The notes beneath the pieces were generated by a model. The model was not told the origin of the DNA. It searched no databases and was given only the letters and a program-made list of their open reading frames with translations. From Muribaculum sp. (GTDB lineage Bacteria > Bacillota > Clostridia > Lachnospirales > Lachnospiraceae): 64,000 nt of DNA. A program made the position numbers and the translations under genes. The stretch is taken from assembly GCA_023663505.1 (NCBI GenBank), contig JAMPHH010000011.1, forward strand, positions 1,747-65,746, written 5' to 3'. The first letter of the stretch is position 1; each line of letters opens with the position of its first letter. Shown one piece after another: positions 9,758 through 19,775 of the stretch.

Positions 9758-10771
9758 ATGTCAGTAAGAGTAGCAATTAATGGTTTTGGCCGTATTGGTC
9801 GTCTTGCATTCAGACAGATGTTTGATGCCGAGGGTTATGAGGTAGTAGCTATCAACGATTTGACCAGCCCTGATATGCTGGCACATCTGTTGAAGTACGA
9901 TACCGCACAGGGCAGATACAAATATGCCGACAAGGTTGAGGCAGGCGAGGATTCCATTACCGTAAACGGCAAGAAGATCACCATTTACAAAGAGGCAGAT
10001 GCTTCTAAGCTTCCTTGGGGAGAGCTGAAGGTTGATGTTGTTTTGGAGTGTACCGGTTTCTACACCTCCAAGGATAAGTCCATGGCTCACATCAATGCAG
10101 GCGCCCGCAAGGTTGTAATTTCTGCTCCCGCAGGTAATGACCTTCCCACTATCGTATACAATGTAAACCACAATACCTTGAAGCCTTCAGATACCGTTAT
10201 TTCTGCAGCTTCCTGCACCACCAACTGCCTTGCTCCCATGGCTAAGGCTTTGAATGATCTGGCTCCTATCCAGTCCGGTATCATGACAACGGTTCATGCT
10301 TACACCGGTGACCAGATGATTCTGGACGGTCCTCAGAGAAAGGGTGATAAGAGAAGAAGCCGTGCAGGTGCACAGAATATCGTTCCCAACTCTACCGGAG
10401 CTGCGAAGGCAATCGGTTTGGTTATCCCTGAGTTGAACGGCAAGCTCATCGGTTCTGCTCAGCGTGTTCCTACCCCTACCGGTTCTACCACGATCTTGGT
10501 AGCCGTTGTAAAGGGCAAGGTGACCAAGGAGCAGATCAATGACGCTATGAAGGCTGCTGCAAACGAGTCTTACGGATACAACACGGACGAGATCGTATCC
10601 TCCGACGTGATCGGTATGACCTACGGCTCCCTGTTTGATTCCACCCAGACCATGGTTGCTCCCATGGAGGACGGCAACACTCAGGTACAGGTTGTTTCAT
10701 GGTATGACAACGAGAACAGCTATACCTCTCAGATGGTTCGTACCATTAAGTATTTCAGTGAGTTGGGCTAA
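9758..10771 (+). CDS. gap: Type I glyceraldehyde-3-phosphate dehydrogenase
   Basis: [44 protein letters not shown]. Confidence 0.98.
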   Translation: MSVRVAINGFGRIGRLAFRQMFDAEGYEVVAINDLTSPDMLAHLLKYDTAQGRYKYADKVEAGEDSITVNGKKITIYKEADASKLPWGELKVDVVLECTGFYTSKDKSMAHINAGARKVVISAPAGNDLPTIVYNVNHNTLKPSDTVISAASCTTNCLAPMAKALNDLAPIQSGIMTTVHAYTGDQMILDGPQRKGDKRRSRAGAQNIVPNSTGAAKAIGLVIPELNGKLIGSAQRVPTPTGSTTILVAVVKGKVTKEQINDAMKAAANESYGYNTDEIVSSDVIGMTYGSLFDSTQTMVAPMEDGNTQVQVVSWYDNENSYTSQMVRTIKYFSELG

Positions 10772-10853
10772 TAGGCATGACGGCATAGCTGCTGCGATGC
10801 AGACGCCTGTTTAGATGTGACCGGACAAGTCGGTCATGCAGCAAGGACTTTGG

Positions 10854-10881
10854 GGGTCCGGTCTTGGGACCGGACCCTTTT
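10854..10881 (+). terminator. Rho-independent terminator or stabilising hairpin between gap and pgk
   Basis: GGGTCCGGTC-TTGG-GACCGGACCC-TTTT. Confidence 0.75.
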
Positions 10882-10932
10882 CGTATGTGAATTGTAAAAT
10901 AAATGTCATAAAATAAATGGAGGTTTATAAAA

Positions 10933-12156
10933 ATGGGTTTGAACAAAAAATCTGTGGACGATATTAACGCAAAGGGAAAGCGCGTTTTGGTGCGCTGTGA
11001 CTTCAATGTTCCTTTGAAGAACGGCGAGATTACCGACGAGACCCGTATCGTGGCAGCGCTGCCTACGATTCAAAAGCTGATCAATGACGGCGGCAAGGTG
11101 ATCCTTTGCTCCCATTTGGGCAAGGTAAAGGAAGGTCCCAATGAGAAGGAGTCCCTTGCACCTGTTGCAAAGAGACTTTCCGAGAAGCTTGGCAAGGAGG
11201 TTGTGTTTGTATCCGATTACAGTGTGACCGGAGAGGCTGCAACCAAGGCTGTGGAGGCTATGAAGGAGGGAGACGTTGTCCTGCTCCAGAATACCCGTTT
11301 CCGCGGCGCCGAGGAGACCAAGAACGGCGAGGCATTCTCCAAGGAGCTGGCTGATCTGGCTGATCTGTATGTGTGTGACGCCTTCGGCTCCTCCCACAGG
11401 GCGCACGCCTCCGTTGAGGGCGTGACCAAGTGCATCACCGCAAAGGGAGGCGAGAATGTGGTCGGCTATCTGATGCAGAAGGAGATCAATTTCCTTGGCA
11501 ATGCGGTTGAGAACCCCGTTCGTCCCTTCGTGGCGATTCTGGGCGGCGCAAAGGTTGCCGACAAGCTGAACGTAATCTCTAATCTGTTGGAGAAGTGTGA
11601 CACTCTGATCATCGGCGGCGGTATGGCATATACCTTCTTGAAGGCACAGGGCATGGAGGTCGGCAACTCTCTGGTGGACGACGAGAAGATTGATTATTGT
11701 AAGGAAATGATGGCGAAGGCGGAGAAGCTGGGCAAGAAGCTTCTGCTTCCTATCGATACCACGATCGCAAAGGCATTCCCCAACCCGATTGACGCGCCTG
11801 TGGAGGTCTCTGCCGTGGATTCCGACAAGATTCCTTCCGATATGGAGGGGCTGGATATCGGACCCAAGACTCAGGCTATGTTTGCCGACGCGGTAAAGAA
11901 TGCCAAGACGGTTGTGTGGAACGGACCTATGGGCGTGTTCGAGAACCCGACGCTGGCCGCAGGTACGATCGCAGTTGCAAAGGCGTTGGCGGAGACGGAC
12001 GCTACCACGATCATCGGCGGAGGTGATTCCGCGGCGGCTGTCAACCAGCTCGGATTTGGCGACAAGATGAGCCATATCTCCACCGGCGGAGGAGCTTCTC
12101 TGGAATTCCTTGAGGGCAAGGTACTTCCCGGCGTCGCTGCTGCAGACGACAAATGA
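10933..12156 (+). CDS. pgk: Phosphoglycerate kinase
   Basis: [48 protein letters not shown]. Confidence 0.98.
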   Translation: MGLNKKSVDDINAKGKRVLVRCDFNVPLKNGEITDETRIVAALPTIQKLINDGGKVILCSHLGKVKEGPNEKESLAPVAKRLSEKLGKEVVFVSDYSVTGEAATKAVEAMKEGDVVLLQNTRFRGAEETKNGEAFSKELADLADLYVCDAFGSSHRAHASVEGVTKCITAKGGENVVGYLMQKEINFLGNAVENPVRPFVAILGGAKVADKLNVISNLLEKCDTLIIGGGMAYTFLKAQGMEVGNSLVDDEKIDYCKEMMAKAEKLGKKLLLPIDTTIAKAFPNPIDAPVEVSAVDSDKIPSDMEGLDIGPKTQAMFADAVKNAKTVVWNGPMGVFENPTLAAGTIAVAKALAETDATTIIGGGDSAAAVNQLGFGDKMSHISTGGGASLEFLEGKVLPGVAAADDK

Positions 12157-12557
12157 TGCGGCTCGCGGGATTTGGTTTGTGTCTTTTGTGGGCTGTTTAC
12201 ATGCTGTATTTTGTCCTTGCTTGGCGGGCGGTAAATGCGTTGGAGGAATCCGGTGCAAAGACCTTTACCGTTGGCGGGCTGGTGGCAGTGGCAGAGGGTG
12301 AAGTGGTGCGCGCCGAGGCAGGGCGCACAATCATACGATACTATCATGAATGGGACGGAACGGAGTATCGTAGTGTTAAGAACCATATAAGTACGGGCTA
12401 TCCTGAGAACGCGAAGCTGCCTGTCCTCTACACCGTGGGCATGGGAGCGGGAAGCTGTCTGGCTGTCGGACTTTACAGGCAGCCCGTGCAGATTTTGGGC
12501 GCGGCGGGGGCGGTTTTGCTCCTGTCGGGACTCATGAGCTTCTATCGATACTCATGA
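12153..12557 (+). CDS. Small hypothetical membrane protein with N- and C-terminal TM helices
   Basis: ATGA overlap with the pgk stop; hydrophobic ends flanking a short soluble domain. Confidence 0.6.
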   Translation: MMRLAGFGLCLLWAVYMLYFVLAWRAVNALEESGAKTFTVGGLVAVAEGEVVRAEAGRTIIRYYHEWDGTEYRSVKNHISTGYPENAKLPVLYTVGMGAGSCLAVGLYRQPVQILGAAGAVLLLSGLMSFYRYS

Positions 12558-12569
12558 GCTTCTATCGAT
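12530..12569. repeat. Perfect 20-bp tandem duplication
   Basis: ACTCATGAGCTTCTATCGAT x2, followed by partial GCTCAT. Confidence 0.9.
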
Positions 12570-12605
12570 GCTCATTAAATTTTGGAAAGAAGGGAATAGA
12601 GAAAG

Positions 12606-13355
12606 ATGGCAAGAAAGAAAATTGTAGCCGGCAACTGGAAAATGAATATGACTCCCAGTGAAGCCGTAAAGCTGTGTGCAGAGCTGAAGGATCTTGTAAA
12701 AAATGATGATGTGGATGTGGTTTATTGTGTGCCCGCCATTGATATCGTGCCTGTTGTGGAGGCAGTGAAGGGCACCAACGTAGAGGTCGGCGCGGAGAAT
12801 ATGTATTTTGAGGAAAAGGGCGCTTACACGGGCGAGATTTCTGCGTCCATGCTGAAGGATGCAGGCGTAAAATATGTGATCATCGGGCATTCCGAGAGAC
12901 GCGACTACTTCAAGGAGGACGACGCGCTTCTGAACAAGAAGGTGAAGAAGGCGATTGAGGCGGGGCTGATTCCCATTCTCTGCTGCGGCGAGACCTTGGA
13001 ACAGAGGGAGATGGGCGTTACCATGGACTGGATTCGTCTCCAGATCAAGTCCGATCTGGTGGATGTGACCGCAGATCAGGTAAAGAAGCTTGTGATCGCA
13101 TATGAGCCTATCTGGGCGATTGGCACCGGCAAGACGGCTACCACCGAGCAGGCGCAGGAGGTATGTAAGGGCATCCGTGACTGCATTGCCGAGATGTACG
13201 ATCAGGCTACCGCGGAGGCGGTGCGCATTCAATACGGCGGTTCCGTGAACGCGGGAAACGCGGCAGAGCTGTTTGCACAGCCCGATATCGACGGCGGACT
13301 GGTGGGCGGCGCTTCCCTGAAGGCTGACTTTGGGAAGATCGTCTGTTATAAATAA
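12606..13355 (+). CDS. tpiA: Triosephosphate isomerase
   Basis: [39 protein letters not shown]. Confidence 0.98.
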   Translation: MARKKIVAGNWKMNMTPSEAVKLCAELKDLVKNDDVDVVYCVPAIDIVPVVEAVKGTNVEVGAENMYFEEKGAYTGEISASMLKDAGVKYVIIGHSERRDYFKEDDALLNKKVKKAIEAGLIPILCCGETLEQREMGVTMDWIRLQIKSDLVDVTADQVKKLVIAYEPIWAIGTGKTATTEQAQEVCKGIRDCIAEMYDQATAEAVRIQYGGSVNAGNAAELFAQPDIDGGLVGGASLKADFGKIVCYK

Positions 13356-13379
13356 TGAGGCTCGCCCGTAAAATAATCC

Positions 13380-13408
13380 TTGCATTTCATGTCTCCCTGT
13401 GCTACAAT
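13380..13408 (+). promoter_or_regulatory. SigA promoter of rplS
   Basis: TTGCAT-N17-TACAAT with extended TG. Confidence 0.65.
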
Positions 13409-13419
13409 ACTATTTGTTG

Positions 13420-13470
13420 TGAAAACGAGATGGTCCTCTGTTACGGAATGTATTAAGAACATCCATTTTA
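13420..13470 (+). ncRNA. Putative ribosomal protein L19 leader
   Basis: 5' UTR of rplS, GATGGTCCTCTG...GAACATC with potential GATG/CATC pairing; position fits the Firmicute L19 leader. Confidence 0.45.
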
Positions 13471-13485
13471 TGAAGGAGGCTCAAT

Positions 13486-13833
13486 ATGAGTGATATTATC
13501 AAAGAAATCGAAGCAGAACAGTTAAAGGAGACCGTGGATGAATTCCATGTTGGCGATACCGTGAAGGTTTACGGTAAGATCAAGGAGGGAGACAAGGAAA
13601 GAATTCAGGTGTTTGAGGGCGTTGTCCTGAAGAGACAGGGCGGCAGCAACAGAGAGACCTTTACCGTGAGAAAGACTTCCAACGGTATCGGTGTGGAGAA
13701 GACATGGCCCCTGCACTCTCCCAATGTGGAGAAGGTAGAGGTGGTGAGACGCGGTAAGGTGAGACGCGCGAAGCTGACTTACTTAAGAGACCGTGTAGGT
13801 AAGAAGGCTAAGGTCAAAGAGCTTGTAAAATAA
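13486..13833 (+). CDS. rplS: 50S ribosomal protein L19
   Basis: [45 protein letters not shown]. Confidence 0.98.
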   Translation: MSDIIKEIEAEQLKETVDEFHVGDTVKVYGKIKEGDKERIQVFEGVVLKRQGGSNRETFTVRKTSNGIGVEKTWPLHSPNVEKVEVVRRGKVRRAKLTYLRDRVGKKAKVKELVK

Positions 13834-13845
13834 TAAGTCAGAATG

Positions 13846-13878
13846 AGGGCGATTGCAGACAGTGTGATTGCCCTTTTC
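13846..13878 (+). terminator. Putative rho-independent terminator after rplS
   Basis: AGGGCGATTGCA...TGTGATTGCCCT followed by TTT. Confidence 0.55.
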
Positions 13879-13941
13879 TATTTGATAAAACTGTGATATA
13901 CTTATTGCGTCGGGCAAAAGACCAAGATGGAGAGAGGTAAT

Positions 13942-14520
13942 ATGGCGCGTCAAAAGGGACTGAGCTTTTATCGGCGTAAAAAGAAAATAAACTCGGCGGT
14001 ATTGCGGGAAATATTCGGCTGGCTGTTTAGTATTTTTGTAGCGATATTCATTGCCATAGTGATCGCACATTTTTACGGAATGGTCACCCGGGTGGTGGGG
14101 GTGGCTATGGAGCCAACGCTGTACAATGGACAGAGTATTCTGGTAGACAGATTTTGTTATGTGCTGTCCTCGCCCAAGGTCGGGGACGTGGTGGTCTTTC
14201 TGCCCAACGGAAATGAGAACGCGCACTATTATGTGAAGCGCGTGGCTGCCGTGGCGGGCGATGAGGTGCTGATTGAAAATGGGATCTTGTACGTGAACGG
14301 TGAGGAGAGCGTTTTCACGGAGGACAAGATATTAGATGGCGGTATTGCGGAGAACGCGCTGACCATCGGCAGGGGAGAGATCTTTTGTTTGGGGGATAAT
14401 GTCAATAACAGTGAGGACAGCCGTTCCGCCAATATCGGACCGGTGAAGGACACGGATATTATCGGGCGGGTGTGGTTTAAGCTTGCCTGCGAGGATGCGG
14501 GAATGGGATTTATCAAGTAA
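13942..14520 (+). CDS. lepB: Signal peptidase I homologue with the catalytic Ser apparently replaced by Ala
   Basis: TM anchor; box B VVGVAMEPTL (normally GxSM); box D YYVKRV; box E GDN.NNSEDSR. Confidence 0.88.
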   Translation: MARQKGLSFYRRKKKINSAVLREIFGWLFSIFVAIFIAIVIAHFYGMVTRVVGVAMEPTLYNGQSILVDRFCYVLSSPKVGDVVVFLPNGNENAHYYVKRVAAVAGDEVLIENGILYVNGEESVFTEDKILDGGIAENALTIGRGEIFCLGDNVNNSEDSRSANIGPVKDTDIIGRVWFKLACEDAGMGFIK

Positions 14521-14557
14521 AAACACATTTTGACAAAGCCATGGAAACGGAGACAAT

Positions 14558-15436
14558 ATGAATTATCAATGGTATCCCGGTCATATGACCAAGGCGGTTC
14601 GTATGATGCAGGAGAATATTAAGCTGATCGACCTTATTATAGAGCTTGTGGACGCGCGCATTCCCATGAGCAGCCGCAATCCGGACATCAATGAATTGGG
14701 GAAGAATAAATCTCGGATCGTGCTTTTGAACAAATCGGATCTGGCGGACCCTGTGCAGAATCAGAGGTGGATGCAGTATTTTGAGGAGCAGGGGGCTCAC
14801 GCGTTGGAGGTAAACTCTAAATCGGGCGCGGGGGTGAAGTCTATCAATGGGCTTGTGCAGGAGGCATGTAAGGAGAAGCTTGAGCGGGACAGAAAGCGCG
14901 GGATCGTGAATCGTCCGGTACGCGCCATGGTGGTGGGGATTCCCAATGTGGGGAAGTCCACCTTCATCAATTCCTTTGCGGGAAAGGCATGCACCAAGAC
15001 GGGTAATAAGCCCGGCGTCACCAAGGGTAAGCAGTGGATTCGCCTGAATAAGAGTCTGGAGCTTCTGGATACCCCGGGGATTCTCTGGCCAAGGTTTGAC
15101 GATCAGGAGGTGGGAATGCGGCTGGCATTTATTGGCTCTATGAATGACGAGATCATTGTGCAGGAGGAGCTTGCCTGTGATTTGATTCGGGTGGTGATGC
15201 AGCTTTATCCGCAGGCATTGGCGAGACGGTACGGTTGGGAGGAGTCCCTGCCGGAGGGGGATTCGGATAAGCGATCCCTCACGGAGACAGAGGCGGCGGG
15301 GCTGTTGGAGCGCATCGCCGTGGGCAGAAAATGCTTTTCCAAGGGAGAAGAACCGGATCTGCCAAGGGCGGCAGCCTTGTTGATGGATGATTTTCGCAGC
15401 GGAAGACTGGGCAGAATGACATTGGAGAGGAGATGA
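14558..15436 (+). CDS. rbgA: Ribosome biogenesis GTPase RbgA/YlqF
   Basis: QWYPGHM, DARIP.SSRNP, NKSD, GIPNVGKS, DTPG. Confidence 0.96.
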   Translation: MNYQWYPGHMTKAVRMMQENIKLIDLIIELVDARIPMSSRNPDINELGKNKSRIVLLNKSDLADPVQNQRWMQYFEEQGAHALEVNSKSGAGVKSINGLVQEACKEKLERDRKRGIVNRPVRAMVVGIPNVGKSTFINSFAGKACTKTGNKPGVTKGKQWIRLNKSLELLDTPGILWPRFDDQEVGMRLAFIGSMNDEIIVQEELACDLIRVVMQLYPQALARRYGWEESLPEGDSDKRSLTETEAAGLLERIAVGRKCFSKGEEPDLPRAAALLMDDFRSGRLGRMTLERR

Positions 15437-15442
15437 TCGGTA

Positions 15443-15991
15443 ATGAAGAAGAAGGTGATGAAGGAGCTCCTAAATACAGGCTTGTATCTGCTTTTTGTGC
15501 TGTTGGTCACATGGTTGTTGATCACGTTTGTAATCCAGAGGACGGAGGTGGAAGGGTCTTCTATGGAGCCCGCGCTGACCAATGGCGATGACCTGTTCGT
15601 GGATAAGATCTCCTATCGTTTTCATGACCCGGAGCGCTTTGATATTATCGTTTTCCCGTTCCAGTATCAGGAGAATGTTTATTATATCAAGCGAATCATC
15701 GGTTTGCCGGGAGAGACGGTTCAGATTGACGAGAGCGGCAATATTTACATAGACGGGGAGATCCTGCAGGAATCCTATGGCAAGGAGGTTATCAAACCAG
15801 AGTATGTCGGAAGGGCGGCGGAACCAATCACCCTCGCATCAGATGAATATTTTGTCATGGGGGACAATCGCAACAACAGCAGCGACAGCCGCACGGACGC
15901 GGTGGGCAATATTCACAGGGCTGATATTGTCGGGCGGGCGTGGGTGCGTATTTGGCCCCTTGAGAGCTTCGGGGTCTTGAAGCATCAGTAA
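15443..15991 (+). CDS. lepB: Signal peptidase I
   Basis: GSSMEPAL (catalytic Ser), YYIKRIIGLPG (catalytic Lys), GDNRNNSSDSR. Confidence 0.94.
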   Translation: MKKKVMKELLNTGLYLLFVLLVTWLLITFVIQRTEVEGSSMEPALTNGDDLFVDKISYRFHDPERFDIIVFPFQYQENVYYIKRIIGLPGETVQIDESGNIYIDGEILQESYGKEVIKPEYVGRAAEPITLASDEYFVMGDNRNNSSDSRTDAVGNIHRADIVGRAWVRIWPLESFGVLKHQ

Positions 15992-16096
15992 ATGTAATAC
16001 AAGGGTAATTGTTAGGCAGGTGAATATTTTGTGACTGTGAGGAACATGGCTATGAACAGTTACGGTCAAAATGACGGGAAGGGTACGGTTATCAAT

Positions 16097-16873
16097 ATGG
16101 CGACGAGTATCACGGAGATTAAAAATGAGTTGCAGGCAGCTTGTGCAGATGAGCTGCCTGACTTTGTACAGCGATATGGGGAGGATGAGCGCGCGGGCGT
16201 ACAAAAGCTTGTTGAGACGGCGAGGAAACGAATGCAGGCATTGGAGAAGGAGAGGGCGCGCATCTGGGAGCTGGGGCGTTTCGAGAGGGAATATGCGGAT
16301 TGTGGTTTGATCTGCGGCATTGACGAGGTGGGGCGAGGTCCCCTCGCAGGTCCGGTGGTGGCAGGAGCAGTGATTTTGCCCAAAGATTGTAAGATTTTAT
16401 ATATTAATGATTCCAAGCAGCTCTCCGAAAAAAAGAGAGAGGAGCTTTATGACGTCATTATGGAGCAGGCGGTGTCCTGCGCGGTGGGGTATGCTTCTCC
16501 GGAACGGATTGACGAGATCAATATTTTGCAGGCGACCTACGAGGCGATGCGCGAGGCGATCGGAAAGCTTGTGCCACAGCCGGATATCCTGTTAAATGAC
16601 GCTGTGACGATTCCCGATGTGGCGATTCGGCAGGTGCCAATCATCAAGGGGGACGCCAAGAGCATTTCCATCGGCGCGGCAAGCATTATCGCCAAGGTGA
16701 CAAGGGATCGGCTGATGGTGGAGTATGACAAGCTGTTCCCCGGGTATGATTTCGCGGGGAATAAGGGATACGGCAGCGCGGCGCACATCGCGGCGTTAAA
16801 GGAGCATGGAACCACGGCGATTCACAGAAGGAGCTTTATCAAGAACTTTGTGAAAGAGGAAGTTGAGAGGTAA
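16097..16873 (+). CDS. rnhB: Ribonuclease HII
   Basis: GIDEVGRGPLAGPV, NDSK, KGDAKS.SI.AASI.AKV.RD, NKGYG; start at 16097 chosen by homology and uncertain. Confidence 0.95.
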   Translation: MATSITEIKNELQAACADELPDFVQRYGEDERAGVQKLVETARKRMQALEKERARIWELGRFEREYADCGLICGIDEVGRGPLAGPVVAGAVILPKDCKILYINDSKQLSEKKREELYDVIMEQAVSCAVGYASPERIDEINILQATYEAMREAIGKLVPQPDILLNDAVTIPDVAIRQVPIIKGDAKSISIGAASIIAKVTRDRLMVEYDKLFPGYDFAGNKGYGSAAHIAALKEHGTTAIHRRSFIKNFVKEEVER

Positions 16874-16950
16874 GTTTGAAAGGAAGTCACTTTCAAACTC
16901 TTTATTAGTGCAGTATCGCGAGCAAGCTCGTGATATGCGGGGGTATAAAA

Positions 16951-18777
16951 ATGAAATTGGCAGACCTTTTATTTAACGGACAGGTGAACAGCACGGGGAG
17001 TCAGGTGCAGCAGACCCAGTCGCCCCAAGCCAATGCCCAATTAAATCAAATGATACGCAGTCTCGCGCCCGGGCAGACTCTGCAGGGCGAGGTGGTGGCT
17101 AGCAACAATGGCGAGATCCAGATCAGGCTTTCGGAGGATATGGTGCTGAGTGCCCGGCTGGAGCAGGGTATGAACCTTGAGGTGGGCAAGAATGTGACCT
17201 TTGAGGTTCGCAATAACGGCAGAACCTTGACCTTAAGCCCGCTGTTTGCGAACACCGCGACCGAGGCGAACGCCCTGAAGGCGTTGGATATGGCTGCGCT
17301 TCCTATCAATCAGAGCACAGTGACCATGACGGGGCTTATGATGCAGGCGGGACTTTCCGTTGACAGAAATTCGCTGCAGCAGATGTTTCGTGAGATGAAT
17401 ACCTTTCCGAATTCCAGTCTGTCGGATTTGGTGGATCTGCACAGACTGGGTTTGGAGGTAAACGAGGAGAATCTGGCGCAGATAAGCTCCTATAAGAATC
17501 TTACGCATCAGCTTGTGGACGGGATGCATACGGTGGTGGGCGCGCTCCCTGAGACTCTGCAGGGCATGGTGCAGGAGGGAAATGTGGAGGGTGCTGCCAA
17601 GATGTTTCAGGAGCTCCTGCAATTGTTAAGTGAGCTGCCTGCAGATGAGGCATTGGGAGAAGAAGCATTGACGACGCCTAGAGAGGGCGCGCAGCAGGCA
17701 GAGGCTCAGACCGGAGCGGAGATACAGGCGGGAAGCGGCGGGGAGAATGCCGCGGGAAGCTCGGCTGTTCAGCAGCTGCCGAACGATGAATTGGAGGAGC
17801 TGCTGGGGAGGATAGCGAACGAGAATACGAAAGCCCTGATGTCCATGGCAGACGGCAAGGGCGACAAAAAGGTGATTGTCGAGATGCCGCCCGAGTCGGT
17901 AGCTGAGCATGGTATAGCGGACGATAAAGGGGTGGCGGCTGCCACCAGATTTCCCTTGACGCAGGAGCTTTTGCAGTTTGTTGACGCCCGAGGGGGCTCT
18001 CTGGCGGAATACGGGGATATTTTGCGACAGCTTGCCACGGCGGAGCAGGGCGGCGACCTTGCGGGGCAGGCGAAGGCATTACAGGAGCTTTTGCAGCAGG
18101 GACGGCAAAATGGCGATAATACGCTGTTAGAAGGGCTTCTGGCGGGAAAAATGTCACAGAGGGTATTGTCGGAGGGACTCTCCAAGCTCTGGACGATCGA
18201 GCCGAGAGAGGTGGCAGATGCAGGCAAGGTGGAGGAGCTTTACCAGAGATTGGATAGGCAGCTAAAGAGTATGACCCGTATCTTGGAGCAGGCGGGACAG
18301 ACGGAGAGCGGTGCTTTTAAGGCTGCCACGAATATGAGCCAGAATATTGATTTTCTGCAGCAGTTGAATCAGGCGTACACCTATGTACAGCTTCCGCTGC
18401 GGCTGCAGCAGGGGGAGAAGCACGGGGATCTGTATGTCTATACCAATAAGCGCAATCTGGCGGCTAAGGACGGGCAGATCAGTGCGCTTTTGCATTTGGA
18501 TATGGAGCATTTGGGACCGGTGGACGTCTATGTAGCAATGCAGGCGGAGCGCGTCAACACCCGTTTCTATGTGCAGGACGACGAGATGTTGGACTTTTTG
18601 GAGGCGCATATGGACCTGCTCACGAGCCGCCTGCAGAAGAGAGGCTATCAATGTGACTTCTCCATGCAGATCAGGGACGCCAAGAGGAGCGCGGAGAGCG
18701 GGATACAGGGGCTTATGGCAGGAGAGCAGACTCCGCCACAGTCCATTGCACAATATGCGTTTGATGTCAGGGCATAG
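16951..18777 (+). CDS. FliK-like (flagellar hook-length control / YlqG-like) protein
   Basis: C-terminal YVQLPL...LHLDMEHLGPVDVYV...RLQKRGY and terminal FDVRA; directly upstream of an FlhB-C homologue after rnhB, as with ylqG-ylqH. Confidence 0.75.
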   Translation: MKLADLLFNGQVNSTGSQVQQTQSPQANAQLNQMIRSLAPGQTLQGEVVASNNGEIQIRLSEDMVLSARLEQGMNLEVGKNVTFEVRNNGRTLTLSPLFANTATEANALKALDMAALPINQSTVTMTGLMMQAGLSVDRNSLQQMFREMNTFPNSSLSDLVDLHRLGLEVNEENLAQISSYKNLTHQLVDGMHTVVGALPETLQGMVQEGNVEGAAKMFQELLQLLSELPADEALGEEALTTPREGAQQAEAQTGAEIQAGSGGENAAGSSAVQQLPNDELEELLGRIANENTKALMSMADGKGDKKVIVEMPPESVAEHGIADDKGVAAATRFPLTQELLQFVDARGGSLAEYGDILRQLATAEQGGDLAGQAKALQELLQQGRQNGDNTLLEGLLAGKMSQRVLSEGLSKLWTIEPREVADAGKVEELYQRLDRQLKSMTRILEQAGQTESGAFKAATNMSQNIDFLQQLNQAYTYVQLPLRLQQGEKHGDLYVYTNKRNLAAKDGQISALLHLDMEHLGPVDVYVAMQAERVNTRFYVQDDEMLDFLEAHMDLLTSRLQKRGYQCDFSMQIRDAKRSAESGIQGLMAGEQTPPQSIAQYAFDVRA

Positions 18778-18945
18778 GTTGAAAATCAAAGATTTTCAAC
18801 CAGAAATTTGTGCTTGCGCCCAAATTTCCGGATTGCGGCAGGAATGGGCATAGGTTGAAAAAATAAATTTTTCAACCGCAAATTTGTGCCTGCGGCTCAA
18901 ATTCGTAGGATTGCGGCAAGAATGTATGATAGGTTGAAAAATTTT
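18774..18945. repeat. Tandem palindromic repeat, family B (2 full ~76-79-bp units plus a partial third)
   Basis: ATAGGTTGAAAA.....TTTTCAACC hairpin plus AAATTTG..CAAATT hairpin plus GATTGCGGCA; units start at 18774, 18850 and 18929. Confidence 0.85.
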
Positions 18946-18956
18946 AAGGCGGTGAG

Positions 18957-19253
18957 ATGATGGCGGGTACGGGCAAGGATAAGGAGAAGGTAAAGCAGGC
19001 AATCGCTTTGGAGTATAATCCGGAGGAGGACGCGCCGAAGGTGATCGCCAGTGGGCGCGGCGCATTGGCGGAGCGTATCATTGAGCGCGCGCAGGAGAGC
19101 GACGTGCCAATCCATCGGGACGACAAGCTGGCAGATACCTTGTCCAGATTGGAGATAGGGGATATGATACCGCCGGAGCTGTACGAGGTTGTGGCGGAGA
19201 TATTGATTTTTGTGGATTCCATGGATAAGATAAAGGGTAAGATACGGCAGTGA
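18957..19253 (+). CDS. EscU/YscU/FlhB C-terminal-like protein (YlqH-like)
   Basis: AIALEY...APKVIASG.G.LAERII..A....VPI, IPPELYEVVAEIL. Confidence 0.9.
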   Translation: MMAGTGKDKEKVKQAIALEYNPEEDAPKVIASGRGALAERIIERAQESDVPIHRDDKLADTLSRLEIGDMIPPELYEVVAEILIFVDSMDKIKGKIRQ

Positions 19254-19645
19254 GGTATGGGAGGAAAAGCTTGGAGGCGGATAAGAATAAAAGGCAGCTA
19301 GGGGCAGACAAGGAACAGCTTGCGGCGGAGTATCTGACCGCGCGGGGAATGGATATTTTGGAGAGGAATTTCAGGAACAGGCAGGGAGAGATTGACATTA
19401 TCGGCAGACACGGGCAATATCTGGTGTTTGTGGAGGTGAAGTTCCGCTCGGGGACCGATATGGGAATGGCTGTGGAGGCGGTGGGTATTCATAAGCAGCG
19501 TCAGATCTGCAAGGTGGCGGACTATTATCGCATGCTGCATCATCTGGGGGACAATACGGCAGTGCGCTATGACGTACTGGCGATACAGGGAGAGGAGATT
19601 CAGTGGATTCAAAATGCCTTTCCCCATATTTATAGGAGAAGGTAG
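19250..19645 (+). CDS. YraN-family putative endonuclease
   Basis: G..KE..A..YL...G..ILERNFR...GEIDII...LVFVEVK; RYDV; real start may be TTG at 19271. Confidence 0.9.
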   Translation: MRYGRKSLEADKNKRQLGADKEQLAAEYLTARGMDILERNFRNRQGEIDIIGRHGQYLVFVEVKFRSGTDMGMAVEAVGIHKQRQICKVADYYRMLHHLGDNTAVRYDVLAIQGEEIQWIQNAFPHIYRRR

Positions 19646-19775
19646 CTGAGGGACATCATAGACAGGACAGTCATAGCTGCAATCATTTGGGGCTATTGCA
19701 AGTATCTCGCAGGTGCCGTATGATTGAAACGTTATATGAAGCGTAACAAATAATGGAATAGCGGAGAGTTGGTTT

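Noticed and set aside
10906..12258. 450-aa minus-strand ORF, and similar long antisense ORFs at 12552-13385, 45018-46088, 47656-48897, 49189-50022 and 54926-56068
   Set aside because: They shadow well-identified plus-strand genes; expected from biased codon usage, with no family motifs.
18774..18945. Possible CRISPR array (palindromic repeat with regular spacing)
   Set aside because: The would-be spacers are similar to each other, only 2-3 units exist, a solo copy occurs at 21529, and no cas genes are present.
16951..19253. FliK-like and FlhB-like genes as a displaced flagellar/T3SS island
   Set aside because: The rbgA-rnhB-ylqG-ylqH-type order is a known Firmicute arrangement.
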